Virus record (IMG/VR): IMGVR_UViG_3300014205_000170
Location: 288,001-352,000 of that record
Length of the DNA: 64,000 nucleotides
Strand: one strand, 5' to 3'
Source: a virus
Lineage: Duplodnaviria > Caudoviricetes
Made by a program: the position numbers and the translations under genes
In this document: piece after piece, positions 21,340 to 32,200 of the stretch
Numbering within the stretch: the stretch's first letter is position 1
Layout: each line of letters begins with the position of its first letter
Notes under the pieces: model-generated
The model's input: the letters and a program-made list of their open reading frames with translations, nothing else
Database searches by the model: none
Told to the model about the DNA's origin: nothing

Positions 21340-23235
21340 TTAATCTAAAATTTCACCTTCTTTTTTATTGATTCCATCTTCAAGGCTCTTGAGATGATTT
21401 TCAATATTTTCCATTAGCATTTTTGTTCTATGATTTACAGCTGCATTATTTTTTTGTAACTTCGTAGGTTGGTTTTTTTTAGGTGCTCCTTCTGAAAGTG
21501 GTTCTTCCGGAATCGTTTCTTCTCCTCCTTCACCACCTTCTGCACCAGCTTCTGCTCCTAAGTTTTCTCCTCCGGCTTCACCGCCTAAGCCTCCCATATC
21601 AGCTCCGCCACCCATATCAACTCCACCACCTAAGCCACCGCCAAGACTACTGCTTATTCCTGCACCAGCACTTGCTCCCATATCAGCTCCACCACCCATG
21701 TCACCATTAGCTGCATCAGGTTGTGCTCCTGGTACAAAATCTGGTCTTCTGAATTTTTTATCAAGGTCTACAAATATTCCAGTTTCAATATATTCAGCAG
21801 CAGCGCCCTCAATTTCAGAAAACATCTTACGTTCAATTTTCTTCTGTCTAATAATTTGTTTTATTTCAGCCTCAGAAAAACCCATAATATATTGCATTGC
21901 CCAAGTATAAGACACTGGAGAAGTAGGTTCAGGAGTAAACATAGCTTGAAACACTTCTAAACGTGCTTTCATTGTTTCCAACTTAAGCAACTCTTGTTGA
22001 GTTGAAGGATTTGCTAATGTTAATTGAAAATTATCTATTTCATCTTCTAGACCTAAAAAATATAAATGAATATTTGCAACTCTTCTTAATTCTATAATAA
22101 TGAATTGTTGAAGTCTGTTTATAGTTCTTGAAAATCTTAAATCCGCTTGAGAAAGTGCTGAACCTCCCGGAATAGTTTCTGCATAATTTAAATAAGGTTT
22201 TGGAACTTTTAAAGCCGCAAATAATTTATTTTGTAGATATTCAATATCCGCAATATCATTTAAATTAGATGCACCTGGTAATGTTTCAATTCTAGAACTT
22301 TTATCTCCTCTTACTGGTAAAAAATAATCTTCTTCATAAGTAATAGGACTATATTTTAAATTTATATTTCCAGTTGTCGGGTCTACTAAAGGAGCTTTTT
22401 TAACTTGCGCTTTAGTTTTCTCCATAAATTGAGGCACATCTGCAGGGTCTATATTTCCAACTTCAATAAAATATACTCTACGCTCTGGTGCTCTTACTAA
22501 TCTATAAACCAACATAGCATCTTCCGCTAATTGTAATTGTTTCCACAATTTTCGAGCTGGTTCTAAAACAGAACGACCATATGGTAATCGACTACTATCA
22601 GAAAGTAATCTAAAGTGTGCAATTTGCCATTCCTCAAAGAACATATTGCCAACATCCCATCTAAATCTACATTTACCCAATTCATTCGTTGGAGATTCTT
22701 CTCTATGAATTTCTCCAACTGGTAATTGAATAATATCATAAACACCTCTTTCTTGGTCTATTTCCAATTTTAAAAATAAATCACCAAATTTTAACAATTC
22801 TCTAGACCAAAAACCAAGATTATAATTTACATTAAGAACATTATAAAATAAATCTTTTAAAGTCTTTTTTACTCTCGAATTTTCACTGTATATAGTTAAA
22901 ATTTCACCTTGTTCAGAACGCGTTACACATTCATCAGCTAAAATATCCAATGCCGCAGAAACTTCCGGAGATTGGTCCATTGCTCTATAATCTTGATAAG
23001 ATGTAAATCTATCTGCTTCATAATATAAAGAACGTGAATATAAATCTTGTGCAATTTTTGAAGATTGTATATCTAAAAATTCTTGTTGTTTTTGTTGTTT
23101 GGATGCAAAAGGATTACTTAAAGCCGGTGTGCTTACAAGTATGTTTTTATTGGTTTCTTCCGCGCTTTGAGGTCGCTGTCTTCTCAGAGCTCTAAACACC
23201 CCTGCGAATATACTATCATCATATTTTTCAGCCAT
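21340..23235 (-). CDS. Portal protein (T4 gp20-like)
   Basis: AEDAMLVYRLVRAPERRVYFIEVGN, EEDYFLP, IETLPGA, ALKVP; Gly-rich C-terminal tail. Confidence 0.95.
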   Translation of the reverse strand: MAEKYDDSIFAGVFRALRRQRPQSAEETNKNILVSTPALSNPFASKQQKQQEFLDIQSSKIAQDLYSRSLYYEADRFTSYQDYRAMDQSPEVSAALDILADECVTRSEQGEILTIYSENSRVKKTLKDLFYNVLNVNYNLGFWSRELLKFGDLFLKLEIDQERGVYDIIQLPVGEIHREESPTNELGKCRFRWDVGNMFFEEWQIAHFRLLSDSSRLPYGRSVLEPARKLWKQLQLAEDAMLVYRLVRAPERRVYFIEVGNIDPADVPQFMEKTKAQVKKAPLVDPTTGNINLKYSPITYEEDYFLPVRGDKSSRIETLPGASNLNDIADIEYLQNKLFAALKVPKPYLNYAETIPGGSALSQADLRFSRTINRLQQFIIIELRRVANIHLYFLGLEDEIDNFQLTLANPSTQQELLKLETMKARLEVFQAMFTPEPTSPVSYTWAMQYIMGFSEAEIKQIIRQKKIERKMFSEIEGAAAEYIETGIFVDLDKKFRRPDFVPGAQPDAANGDMGGGADMGASAGAGISSSLGGGLGGGVDMGGGADMGGLGGEAGGENLGAEAGAEGGEGGEETIPEEPLSEGAPKKNQPTKLQKNNAAVNHRTKMLMENIENHLKSLEDGINKKEGEILD

Positions 23236-23294
23236 TTTGTATCAAGTTTTATATTACAAATAAATTAGTTTTTTAGTCAAAGTAAACCATTAGG

Positions 23295-24980
23295 TTAGGT
23301 GGAAATAGGTCCATATAGCCACCCTAAATCACTATCTGGAGTTTGTATATTTTTCTTTATTTCCTTTTGTATATTAGCAGAAGGCGCATTAGGATTACCA
23401 TTTGTTTGATAGCTGATGGATTCAATCATAGCTTTAAAAAATTCTTTACTTTTAAATACATTATCAAATTCAGTATCTCTCATAAATAATGCTATCGCAA
23501 ATGCAAAAATAAGGTCATCATTATATCCATCAGCATGCTCAGGTTTATCGCCTTTATGGATGAATGTTCGAAATTCAGTCAATAGTCTTTTTGAATAAAT
23601 TTTTACTTGTGTTTCTCTCATATATTTTGCTACACAACTCATTAGTAAAGGTCTAGTTTTTGAAGTTGTTTGAAAACCTGGAATTTCACTATCTTGGTCT
23701 ATAAAATCAAGTCCACCATATCTTACATAGATTTTTTTAATTGATTTAGAATGATGAATTTTATCAGAAGGATATCCTAAAGTATTTTTAAGCGCAAGTG
23801 TCGTTACTAAACCATGGTTATTTCCTTCAATCGCAACAAAGGCCATATTATAATCAATTGCTACCTTCATCACTAATTGTGCAAAAACATCTGGAGGGAT
23901 TTTACCTTGATATTCTGCTACTTGAGTTAAAGTATCTGCATTAATTACTTGTAAAGTTGAAAAGTCAGCACTATCTCCACGGGCAACATCCCCTCCTATA
24001 ATATAATTTGCTTTAGGTTCTGGTTTTTCCCAAACATAAAATGTAGTTTCTCTTTTAATAAATCGCTCTGCTGGTTCTTTGTAATCGTAATACCAAACAG
24101 GTTTAATTGTAGAAATATTATTTTCATATTTGTCAATAATCCAATTTTCAATTACAACAGCAGAAGAGCCTTCAAATGATAAATCTAATTCTTGTGCGAT
24201 TTTAATTTTATCATATTTCATCAATGCGCATTGTTCTTCATACCAAGGACTCCACCAAAATCTTCTTCCATGTTCATCTACTCTTTCTTCTAATCCTCTT
24301 GCATAATAAGGATGTTTACTCCAATGCACTTCTGTTCCAACAAAAGCTTTTTTATCTGTCTTTTGTTTTTTAATTGTTTCTGTCCAAGTTGTATGATATA
24401 AACCACCAGTTCCATTTGGAGTAGAAATCATAATACACTTAGCACTTTCAGCAGATAAAGCCAAACCTGCAGCCATCCAAATTTCTTCTGCGTTTTCAAT
24501 AAACGCAGTCTCATCTAAAATTAACATTGTTAATGTTTCTCCACGTCCAGCATTTCCACCGGAAGCTACCGCCTTACACCAACTACCATTAGATATGATA
24601 ATTTGTTGTGTATTATTTGTAGGAATGCTATCAGGTAAAAGAAAAGGAGGTAAGTAATCTAAAAATTGTTTTACCGATGCTAAAAATCGTCTTGCTCCAG
24701 CACCATCATTTGCTACAATAAGAATTCTTTCATTCTCATTAAAAAGCATTTTCCAACATACATATCCAGATGTAATTACACTAAGTCCTGTCTGGCGAGC
24801 TTTAAGTATAATGTTATTTTTATGATTTGTGTAATTACTTAAAACTTCTTTTTGATATTCGAAAAGAGTTAATCTATCAATAGTATTTTTGGTAATATCA
24901 AAAATATAACCATACGTATTCATAAAATACACAGGGTCTCTAGCACATCTTATAAATTCTATTGTTTCTTGTTGTGTCAT
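23295..24980 (-). CDS. Terminase large subunit (T4 gp17-like)
   Basis: LKARQTGLS, LILDETAFI, ISTPNG, GGDVARGDSADFST, NDDLIFA. Confidence 0.95.
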   Translation of the reverse strand: MTQQETIEFIRCARDPVYFMNTYGYIFDITKNTIDRLTLFEYQKEVLSNYTNHKNNIILKARQTGLSVITSGYVCWKMLFNENERILIVANDGAGARRFLASVKQFLDYLPPFLLPDSIPTNNTQQIIISNGSWCKAVASGGNAGRGETLTMLILDETAFIENAEEIWMAAGLALSAESAKCIMISTPNGTGGLYHTTWTETIKKQKTDKKAFVGTEVHWSKHPYYARGLEERVDEHGRRFWWSPWYEEQCALMKYDKIKIAQELDLSFEGSSAVVIENWIIDKYENNISTIKPVWYYDYKEPAERFIKRETTFYVWEKPEPKANYIIGGDVARGDSADFSTLQVINADTLTQVAEYQGKIPPDVFAQLVMKVAIDYNMAFVAIEGNNHGLVTTLALKNTLGYPSDKIHHSKSIKKIYVRYGGLDFIDQDSEIPGFQTTSKTRPLLMSCVAKYMRETQVKIYSKRLLTEFRTFIHKGDKPEHADGYNDDLIFAFAIALFMRDTEFDNVFKSKEFFKAMIESISYQTNGNPNAPSANIQKEIKKNIQTPDSDLGWLYGPIST

Positions 24981-25060
24981 TGTATTTAACTAACAATAAA
25001 TAGCTTAATTTTTACCTATTTTGGCAAAAAATCAACTATTTTCCTTAATAAAATGATATT

Positions 25061-25504
25061 TTATCTTTCGAAAGAAAAAGCGAAAAAATTAATTATAATT
25101 GATGGTTTACCATCAATAGATGTAATTGAATTTAATTGACATCCACGTAATGATAAAAAATGTTTATAATATTTAGAATTTAAATAAAAAAAAAACATAT
25201 CAACTCCTTTGGTGTTTTTGCCTTGTTCAAACTTACGAAGCCATTTAATGAAATTAGCAGATTGAGTTTTATCATAAGAATCAACTATATTAATAGTAAT
25301 GGGTTCTAGAATTTCAATCCACTTTTCTTCTTCATTCATTTCTAATGTCATTTTTGTACTTACTGTTGGGTCAAATTCAACTAATAACATAGTTTCTAAA
25401 TGTGAATTGTAATCACAAAATTTCATTCCAAATAAATTTTGATTTGATTTTTTTTCAAATAGAACTTTTCTTTTATTAAAATTTTGTAATAACGTCTTTA
25501 TCAT
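25061..25504 (-). CDS. Degenerate tail-tube (gp19-like) paralogue with RKVLFEK tag
   Basis: EPITINIVD...FIKWLR...LSLRGCQLNSI aligns by eye with tube 34977..35465 (ETIDIEFID...VMEWVR...TMVGCQITS). Confidence 0.5.
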   Translation of the reverse strand: MIKTLLQNFNKRKVLFEKKSNQNLFGMKFCDYNSHLETMLLVEFDPTVSTKMTLEMNEEEKWIEILEPITINIVDSYDKTQSANFIKWLRKFEQGKNTKGVDMFFFYLNSKYYKHFLSLRGCQLNSITSIDGKPSIIINFFAFSFER

Positions 25505-25815
25505 AAACCAACATAAACAGTTGCTCCTCCGGCCAATTCGCTGTCAGGCTTAACAATATATGTATCTGACATATAAACAACATTACTTATATCATTTAAT
25601 AATCTATATTGATGATATCCATAAGTTGTAGAAGAAAAAGAAGCTGTAAAAGTTCCGGTTGATGCTTGTGAAAGAGCAATCGTTAAAGTAATTGCTGTTG
25701 TTACAGAACCATCAATAAAAAAAGAAGTTGTAAAAGTAGCAGCAGACAAAGGATTTCCATCTACGTCTAAAGACATAATATTATCATAAACTGTTACTCC
25801 GGTTCTTATATCCAT
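25501..25815 (-). CDS. Putative virion structural protein
   Basis: Thr/Ser-rich; located in the structural operon. Confidence 0.5.
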   Translation of the reverse strand: MDIRTGVTVYDNIMSLDVDGNPLSAATFTTSFFIDGSVTTAITLTIALSQASTGTFTASFSSTTYGYHQYRLLNDISNVVYMSDTYIVKPDSELAGGATVYVGL

Positions 25816-25818
25816 TTT

Positions 25819-25968
25819 TTAAATAATAAATATGCAACTTATTTCTCCAGAAGTTGTAAAATCATAACTAGACCCATCCATTGAGAATGATTCAATATTA
25901 CCTCCAGCATCACCATAAGGTAATTCTAAAATAAAATCTGTTACATCAAAAACTATATCATCAATCAT
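25819..25968 (-). CDS. Small hypothetical protein
   Basis: MIDDIVFDVTDFILELPY...; overlaps the stop of the upstream small ORF. Confidence 0.4.
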   Translation of the reverse strand: MIDDIVFDVTDFILELPYGDAGGNIESFSMDGSSYDFTTSGEISCIFII

Positions 25969-26134
25969 TATAAATTTCTCCTGTTTTAATAAAACATGCT
26001 TGATATTGATAATCTGGTTGTATACTACCATCTTTTATAACTAAAACTAAGTCGCAATTATCAAATATCCCTCCTTCAAAAACTCTTAAAGTTTCATCAT
26101 GTAATAGTTTTTGGTTTGTTTCTAATTGTATCAT
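25961..26134 (-). CDS. Small hypothetical protein (57 aa, not in ORF track)
   Basis: MIQLETNQKLLHDETLRVFEGGIFDNCDLVLVIKDG...IYND*. Confidence 0.5.
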   Translation of the reverse strand: MIQLETNQKLLHDETLRVFEGGIFDNCDLVLVIKDGSIQPDYQYQACFIKTGEIYND

Positions 26135-26136
26135 AA

Positions 26137-28254
26137 TTATCCTTGTGTTAATAATGCCCTAACTCTTATTCCATTTGGAAGAGATGTTGCGGTATATCTT
26201 ATATAATTCCCAACTGCATCTTGACTAGAATCCCATGTCAACCAACTACTTCCACCATTTGTTGAATATTCAAATGTTCCATAACCAGATGTTAAAACAT
26301 CATCATCTAAAACAAGTACTGCTGTTTCTGCGTTATAAATTCTAATTCTCATATTAGGAATAATGCTAGACCAAAGAGTTCCTTGTCTATAGCCAAATAT
26401 TCTATTGGTAACAGATGAGTTGGCAACTGATGGTTCATAATGACTATCTGTTGTATTATCTTCATATGTAAATGTTAATCCCATAATTCTAGCTGGAATA
26501 CAGGTTGTACCTAATATTTTAAATATAAACATAAACTGAATCTCAGTTGCATTAATACCACTCAAATCACCATATTCATCTAACTCTGTCCAATTACCAG
26601 TATTATCATCTATACCACTAATTCTATAATGTGATTTAAATGGTTCTGTCGGTAACGAGAAAGTATCCGTACCTAATTTATTAACAGCTTTAACTGAAAG
26701 ATTATATAATTTATTAGAATCACTAATATCAAATTTAGGTGTGATTAACATTTGATTATTAGCTTCAGCATATCTCTGATGAGCGCCAATTGGTAATGTA
26801 TATAGTTGATTTAATGCTGACGTTGTACCAATTCTTGCAAGATACAATATACCATTTTCTGACCAAATCGACATTGCACTCGCTAAAATTGCTGGATGGG
26901 GTACACCACCACTATCACTAGTTGTGATGTCTTCTTGTTTATCATCATTTAAGAAAATATGGTCGAACGGATTTGAAACCGTGTTATATTGTGTTACATA
27001 ACTTCTAATACCAGCAGCACCAGTTGATGCAATTACTAATCTATCAATAGTACCTGATATTTCACATGAATTCATAGCAGAGCCAGCTAAATAAGTAACC
27101 GTTCCACCAGGTGGAATCTCTACCATAACATCACTTTGCCATGTTGTTGAGCCAGCTGTAATACCAGATATAGCTGCTCTATAAACCCTTGTAGTTGTAA
27201 CAAAATACAGTGATTCAACTCCCGCTCCTGGTCCATGTTGAAGAGTTCCTAGACGACCATTATTAGCTTGAGAGATTGTGCCAGTCACAGCTTGGTTACC
27301 AGTTTTAATGACATTTGTTGTTGTGTCCTTACCAGATGCTAGAGTTAATGCTTTTCTGAAATTATAAGCAAAAACTTTTACAGTAGCTGTATCCAAAACA
27401 TAGGTGTTTCCACTAATCCAAGAAGATTTATCTTGGAGTGTAACTCCACATGCTGCTGTATTAGTGACCACAGCAGCATCAGCAAGCCAATAAACAGCTC
27501 TTATATTATCAGTACCAACTGCTGCTGGAATTGTTGTTCCAACAGATGTAAATATTTCTGGTCGAATACCTTTAGCAACAAACAGACCACCATTTGCAGC
27601 TGTTGCATTTGTTGTTGTCGTTAAAACCATCATGTCTTCAATAACATAGGATGTACCTGTTGAGTATGTCTCACTTAAAGAAGTAGAAAGAGTTAAACCA
27701 GAATTACTTGAAATTGCGCTAATTTCTGCCCACTCAGTTACTAATGTTGGGTCAGAAGAGCCAAATCCAATTCTACATCCTACTGACATCCTATCAGTAA
27801 CCCAAGCAGTGCTTGTTCCTGATACTGTAGTACCAGTTGCACCTATTGTACCAGTAGTATATAATTCTCTAACAATCCTAAATCCTCTAATTGTATGGTT
27901 TGTTACTGTTGGATATGTTAATGTAATAAATCCTTTCCAGTTAAAATCTGATGTATCTTTATTATATTCATACATAATAATTCTTCTTGTTGCAGAAGCT
28001 GTTGCATTTTCAGCTAAAAAACACCAATCAATTTCATTAGAAAAAGTAATTACGTGTGGATAAAAACCAGCAATAGATGTTGATTGTTCGACTGGTCTAG
28101 CCATACCAATCTTTGCTGGTCCAGCAAATACATCTGATACAGTTGCTCCAGAATACTGTTTAATATTAGAACCTAAATTAGTAACACTTGAATCATACGT
28201 TGTGATTCCTGTAGTAGTACCATTAAATCTAAAATTTTTTGCTTTTATTGCCAT
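26137..28254 (-). CDS. Virion structural protein (fibre/baseplate-associated)
   Basis: 705 aa, Thr/Ser/Gly-rich, beta-rich; structural operon. Confidence 0.65.
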   Translation of the reverse strand: MAIKAKNFRFNGTTTGITTYDSSVTNLGSNIKQYSGATVSDVFAGPAKIGMARPVEQSTSIAGFYPHVITFSNEIDWCFLAENATASATRRIIMYEYNKDTSDFNWKGFITLTYPTVTNHTIRGFRIVRELYTTGTIGATGTTVSGTSTAWVTDRMSVGCRIGFGSSDPTLVTEWAEISAISSNSGLTLSTSLSETYSTGTSYVIEDMMVLTTTTNATAANGGLFVAKGIRPEIFTSVGTTIPAAVGTDNIRAVYWLADAAVVTNTAACGVTLQDKSSWISGNTYVLDTATVKVFAYNFRKALTLASGKDTTTNVIKTGNQAVTGTISQANNGRLGTLQHGPGAGVESLYFVTTTRVYRAAISGITAGSTTWQSDVMVEIPPGGTVTYLAGSAMNSCEISGTIDRLVIASTGAAGIRSYVTQYNTVSNPFDHIFLNDDKQEDITTSDSGGVPHPAILASAMSIWSENGILYLARIGTTSALNQLYTLPIGAHQRYAEANNQMLITPKFDISDSNKLYNLSVKAVNKLGTDTFSLPTEPFKSHYRISGIDDNTGNWTELDEYGDLSGINATEIQFMFIFKILGTTCIPARIMGLTFTYEDNTTDSHYEPSVANSSVTNRIFGYRQGTLWSSIIPNMRIRIYNAETAVLVLDDDVLTSGYGTFEYSTNGGSSWLTWDSSQDAVGNYIRYTATSLPNGIRVRALLTQG

Positions 28255-28275
28255 ATCTATTTTAAGTAAATATTA

Positions 28276-29268
28276 TTAATTTTTAATTGTTCTCACGCTT
28301 AAAGTAAGTTTAGAAATTGTAGTTGCTGAAATTAAATTAAATACTATAATTTCACCGTTAGTAACACCAGTAATCCAGGTATTTAATGAGCCAGTATTAG
28401 ATTGAAACTGAATATTATTCAACATAGGTTTTTGAGTTCCAGTTATTGAATCTGATACTGTTGGAAAAGTTGTATTTTTCCAAATATCTATCGCACAATT
28501 TCCACTTGTATTTGCAACAATATCCCAGCCAGTTATTCCTAAATTATATGGTACTATAAAGAAACCTTTTTGACCAGTAGTCAAAACATTTCCATTACCA
28601 TCAATTGTAATTCCAAACGCACCTGTAATTCCAGTTAAATTACCTCCATTACCTAAATATGTTGTAGCTGATAAAGTATTTGCTGTTAATGTGTTTACAG
28701 TTGTATTACCAGTAACAAAAAAATTAGATTTTATTGTTGTTAATCCAGATGTGGTTAAACTATTAATAGATGGTGAATCAATTACATTTATTGTGGGTGC
28801 ACTAGCTGTTCCTCCTGTAGTAATATTTGAACCAGGTTGAACTGATGTTGAAGACCCGTCACCACCTACACCGATTTGTTGGAAAATAGAATATAAATTT
28901 GTATTCCCTGAATAAATTGTGCCTCCAGAAATTGTATTAGCAGAAACAGAATTAAATAAAGTATTGTTGTTTACACTAACAACAGGATTGAAATCAGAAC
29001 CAAATATATTAACATTTGTACCAGCAGATAACTTTACACTATCAACTCTATTAGAATTATATATAATATTATTATGTTCATCTTTTGCTGTAATATACCC
29101 ATTATCAATAGCACTTTGAACAGATTTAGAATTTGTAATTTGAGTTAATGTAAACTCAGAAGTTAAATTATAATTAAGTGTAGTTGCAGTATAAAAAGCT
29201 CTATAACCTAAGTCTGAAAAAACAACTGGGTCTAATGTACCTGTAGTATTTATTATAAAATGTGCCAT
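28276..29268 (-). CDS. Tail fibre-associated protein
   Basis: SANT/LSATT repeats; C-terminal GITIDG...TTGQKG...IDIWK module. Confidence 0.65.
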   Translation of the reverse strand: MAHFIINTTGTLDPVVFSDLGYRAFYTATTLNYNLTSEFTLTQITNSKSVQSAIDNGYITAKDEHNNIIYNSNRVDSVKLSAGTNVNIFGSDFNPVVSVNNNTLFNSVSANTISGGTIYSGNTNLYSIFQQIGVGGDGSSTSVQPGSNITTGGTASAPTINVIDSPSINSLTTSGLTTIKSNFFVTGNTTVNTLTANTLSATTYLGNGGNLTGITGAFGITIDGNGNVLTTGQKGFFIVPYNLGITGWDIVANTSGNCAIDIWKNTTFPTVSDSITGTQKPMLNNIQFQSNTGSLNTWITGVTNGEIIVFNLISATTISKLTLSVRTIKN

Positions 29269-29274
29269 ATATTA

Positions 29275-32200
29275 TTATCCTCTTTGTTTAAAGTAAACAT
29301 CTACTCTTGGGTATGCAATGCTTGAACCACTCATTCCAATATACAATGTTTGACCTGAATTAATATTAATGTTATAATCTGTTTTTGCAGAATACACATT
29401 TGAAGACATTCCTAAAATCGCAACAAAGTCAGTTGCTAATGTTGTTCCTGTAGTAATAAAAGCTTGCCATGTTTCAGATACAGAACCTGCCATTACCAAT
29501 TTTGTTATTGTAGCATCATAAGGAACTCTAAATGGAGTTGTACTATAAAACATTCCATCTTCGTAACTTAAAAATTGTGTAGTTGCACTACTATTTCTTG
29601 CGCCAGTTAATCTTTGTTCACTAGATGATAACCATTTTGTTCTAACACCATCATATATAAATTGTTCATAATCTGTATTTCTAGTCCATGTATTGCCTGT
29701 ATTTATTGGAGCAGTAGCTTTTATAACATTTCCAAAAATTTGTTCTGTATCATTATAATATGTAGTTGCACTTACAGTTGCTGCTGTTAAATTATTTACA
29801 TAAACATTACCACCAACAGTATCAACACGAAATACAGCTGTTGTACCTGTTGAATTAAATACAGATAACCCAGAAGTTGAATTACTTCTAAATAAAGTAT
29901 TTCCACTCACATCTAATTTTGCTAAAGGAGCAGCAAAAGAACCTAAACCAATTCCAATGTTCCCACCTGATAAAATCAAATGTGCAACACTAGCACCAAT
30001 TAATCCAACAGCATTACTAGAAAAACCAATTCCCATTTGATTACTTGCAGTAGATGTAACGCCAGGATAATCCAAACCTCCATTACCATAAAATTGTGAT
30101 TTTAAATCACCGTTATCCATTAAAAATCCTGTATTACCAGCAGAATTTGTAATTCTAAATAAAGAACCAGATGTTGTTCCACTTACATGTAATTGTCCAT
30201 TAGGTGCAGAAGTTCCAACTCCAAGTGGATGACTAAAATACGAAGTTAAACCTGTAGCAATTAAACCAGTCTCGCTTAATACTTTATTGATAGAAGTTCC
30301 ACTTGTAGGTTGTATAATTGGTGTTGCATTCCAAAAAGATAAAAATTGAGAATTAGCAGTTCCTATTCTAGTTCCAGTAGAACCGGTAGAAATTGTAATA
30401 TTATATCCAGCACTAAATTGTAAATCGCCTGCTCTAACTCTAAACACTGCTGCACTAGCACCAATATCAAATATTGTATCTGCACCTGATGCTGCTACAA
30501 TCCTTAAATTTCCAACTGTGTTTCTTAAATATGCATTTGTAGATGTACCATCAAAATCAATAATAGGCCCAGCAACTGTTAAACCAGAAACTTTTGTCAT
30601 TCCTGTTAAGTTGGTTTGAAAACCTGTCATTGATTGCAAACCATTAGAAATACTAGTAGCAGTAAATGCACTTGCGCTTGTAGGAACATTAATAGAAAAA
30701 ACGTTATTAGTTGATAATCTCATTTTTTCAATAGTAGAAATACTAAATATATAATCTGCATTAGTTACATTTAAAGTAGCATTAGAATTCGCATCTGCTC
30801 CTAAAGTTAAACAAGGCGTAACAGTTGCTCTTCTATTAACAATAATTCCTTCTGTTGTGTTTGGTATGAAAACAAAATTTCTACTAGCACTTTGTGCTGC
30901 TAAATCTGAATTCACTACAATACCACTACCCGCTACATGAACACCACCATTAACACCAAATGCATAACCTGCTGTAGCGGAAACATTCACACCTACTCTA
31001 CTATTTAATGTATCTACTACAAACACATTAGTAGTTGAAGTTAATGATTGAACTGTAAATCCAGTTGTGGACATTGACCTAAATACAGTATCTCCAGAAT
31101 CTTTTATTCTTAATGTAGAAACAGCTCTTGTGTAGAAATCAAAACCACCTGTTGTTGATTGATAAAAATTTAAAGCGTTTGGTGTATAATTACTATTTCC
31201 AGTAGATGCTTGCAAAATTTTTGCATCATTACTATTATTTAAAAACTGTAAACTCGCAGCTGCTCCTGCACCTGCATTGGTGTTTTGAACATATATTTTT
31301 GTTTCACCATTTTGAGCTCTAGAAATATTTATTGGTATTGTTGTCGCATTTGGAGTTGCACCAATTCCCAATCCCGTTGATGCAAATATTGTATCAGCAG
31401 AAATTGTTGTTGAAGAAATTGGCAAATCAAAATAAGCAGCAGTAGCACCAGTTCCAATTAAACCAGTATCACTTAAAACTCTATTTAAAGAAGTTCCACT
31501 TGTTGGTTGTATTATTGGTATATTATTCCAAAAAGCAAATTTTGCTGTTGTTGATAAGCCAATTCGAGTTCCTGTAGATGTGCCAAAACTCAAATTTGTT
31601 CCTTCAGCAAAAGTTAATGATGTGCTTGTAAACTGAGCAGCTGTTACATTTGCTATTCTAAAATGAACTGCTGATGCTGCATTAAGATATGTATTAATGT
31701 TGCTAACATCACCTAATAAAGTATAGTTTGTACTTGATGGGACTACACCCATATAGATTGCTCCTAATGTATTTCCAGCAGTCCAATCTCTAATAACAAT
31801 TCCTTGATTAGCTATTGAACCAGCTAATACTTGTACGTTCCCACTAAATGCTCCAGCAAAATTATTTGTGGCACCACTCTGGGCATGTGCAAATATACCA
31901 TATGAATTTGTTACAGCTGTACCAACATATCCTCTTTCAATTAATAAAGCTGATGTTGAAGATAAATAAGTATTTGTTGAAGCAGATGGAGCTCCTGCAA
32001 TTGCTATTGTGGAAACTGATGTTGCAGTTGATGGTGTTGTAAAAGTATAAAGAGGCTGTGTGTAATATACTTCATTTTGATTATCAGTAATATTTCCACC
32101 AACCCATTGTCTTGACCCTAAAGTGTGTAATAAACCATTAACGCTAGTTCCAGAAGTTTGATTTGTATTATTTGGTTTTGTAAAATTATATGAAGTATAA

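Noticed and set aside
21480-21730. GC-rich repeats in the portal 3' region as a separate repeat element
   Set aside because: They encode a Gly-rich low-complexity tail (GGGADMG); the + strand ORFs here are antisense shadows.
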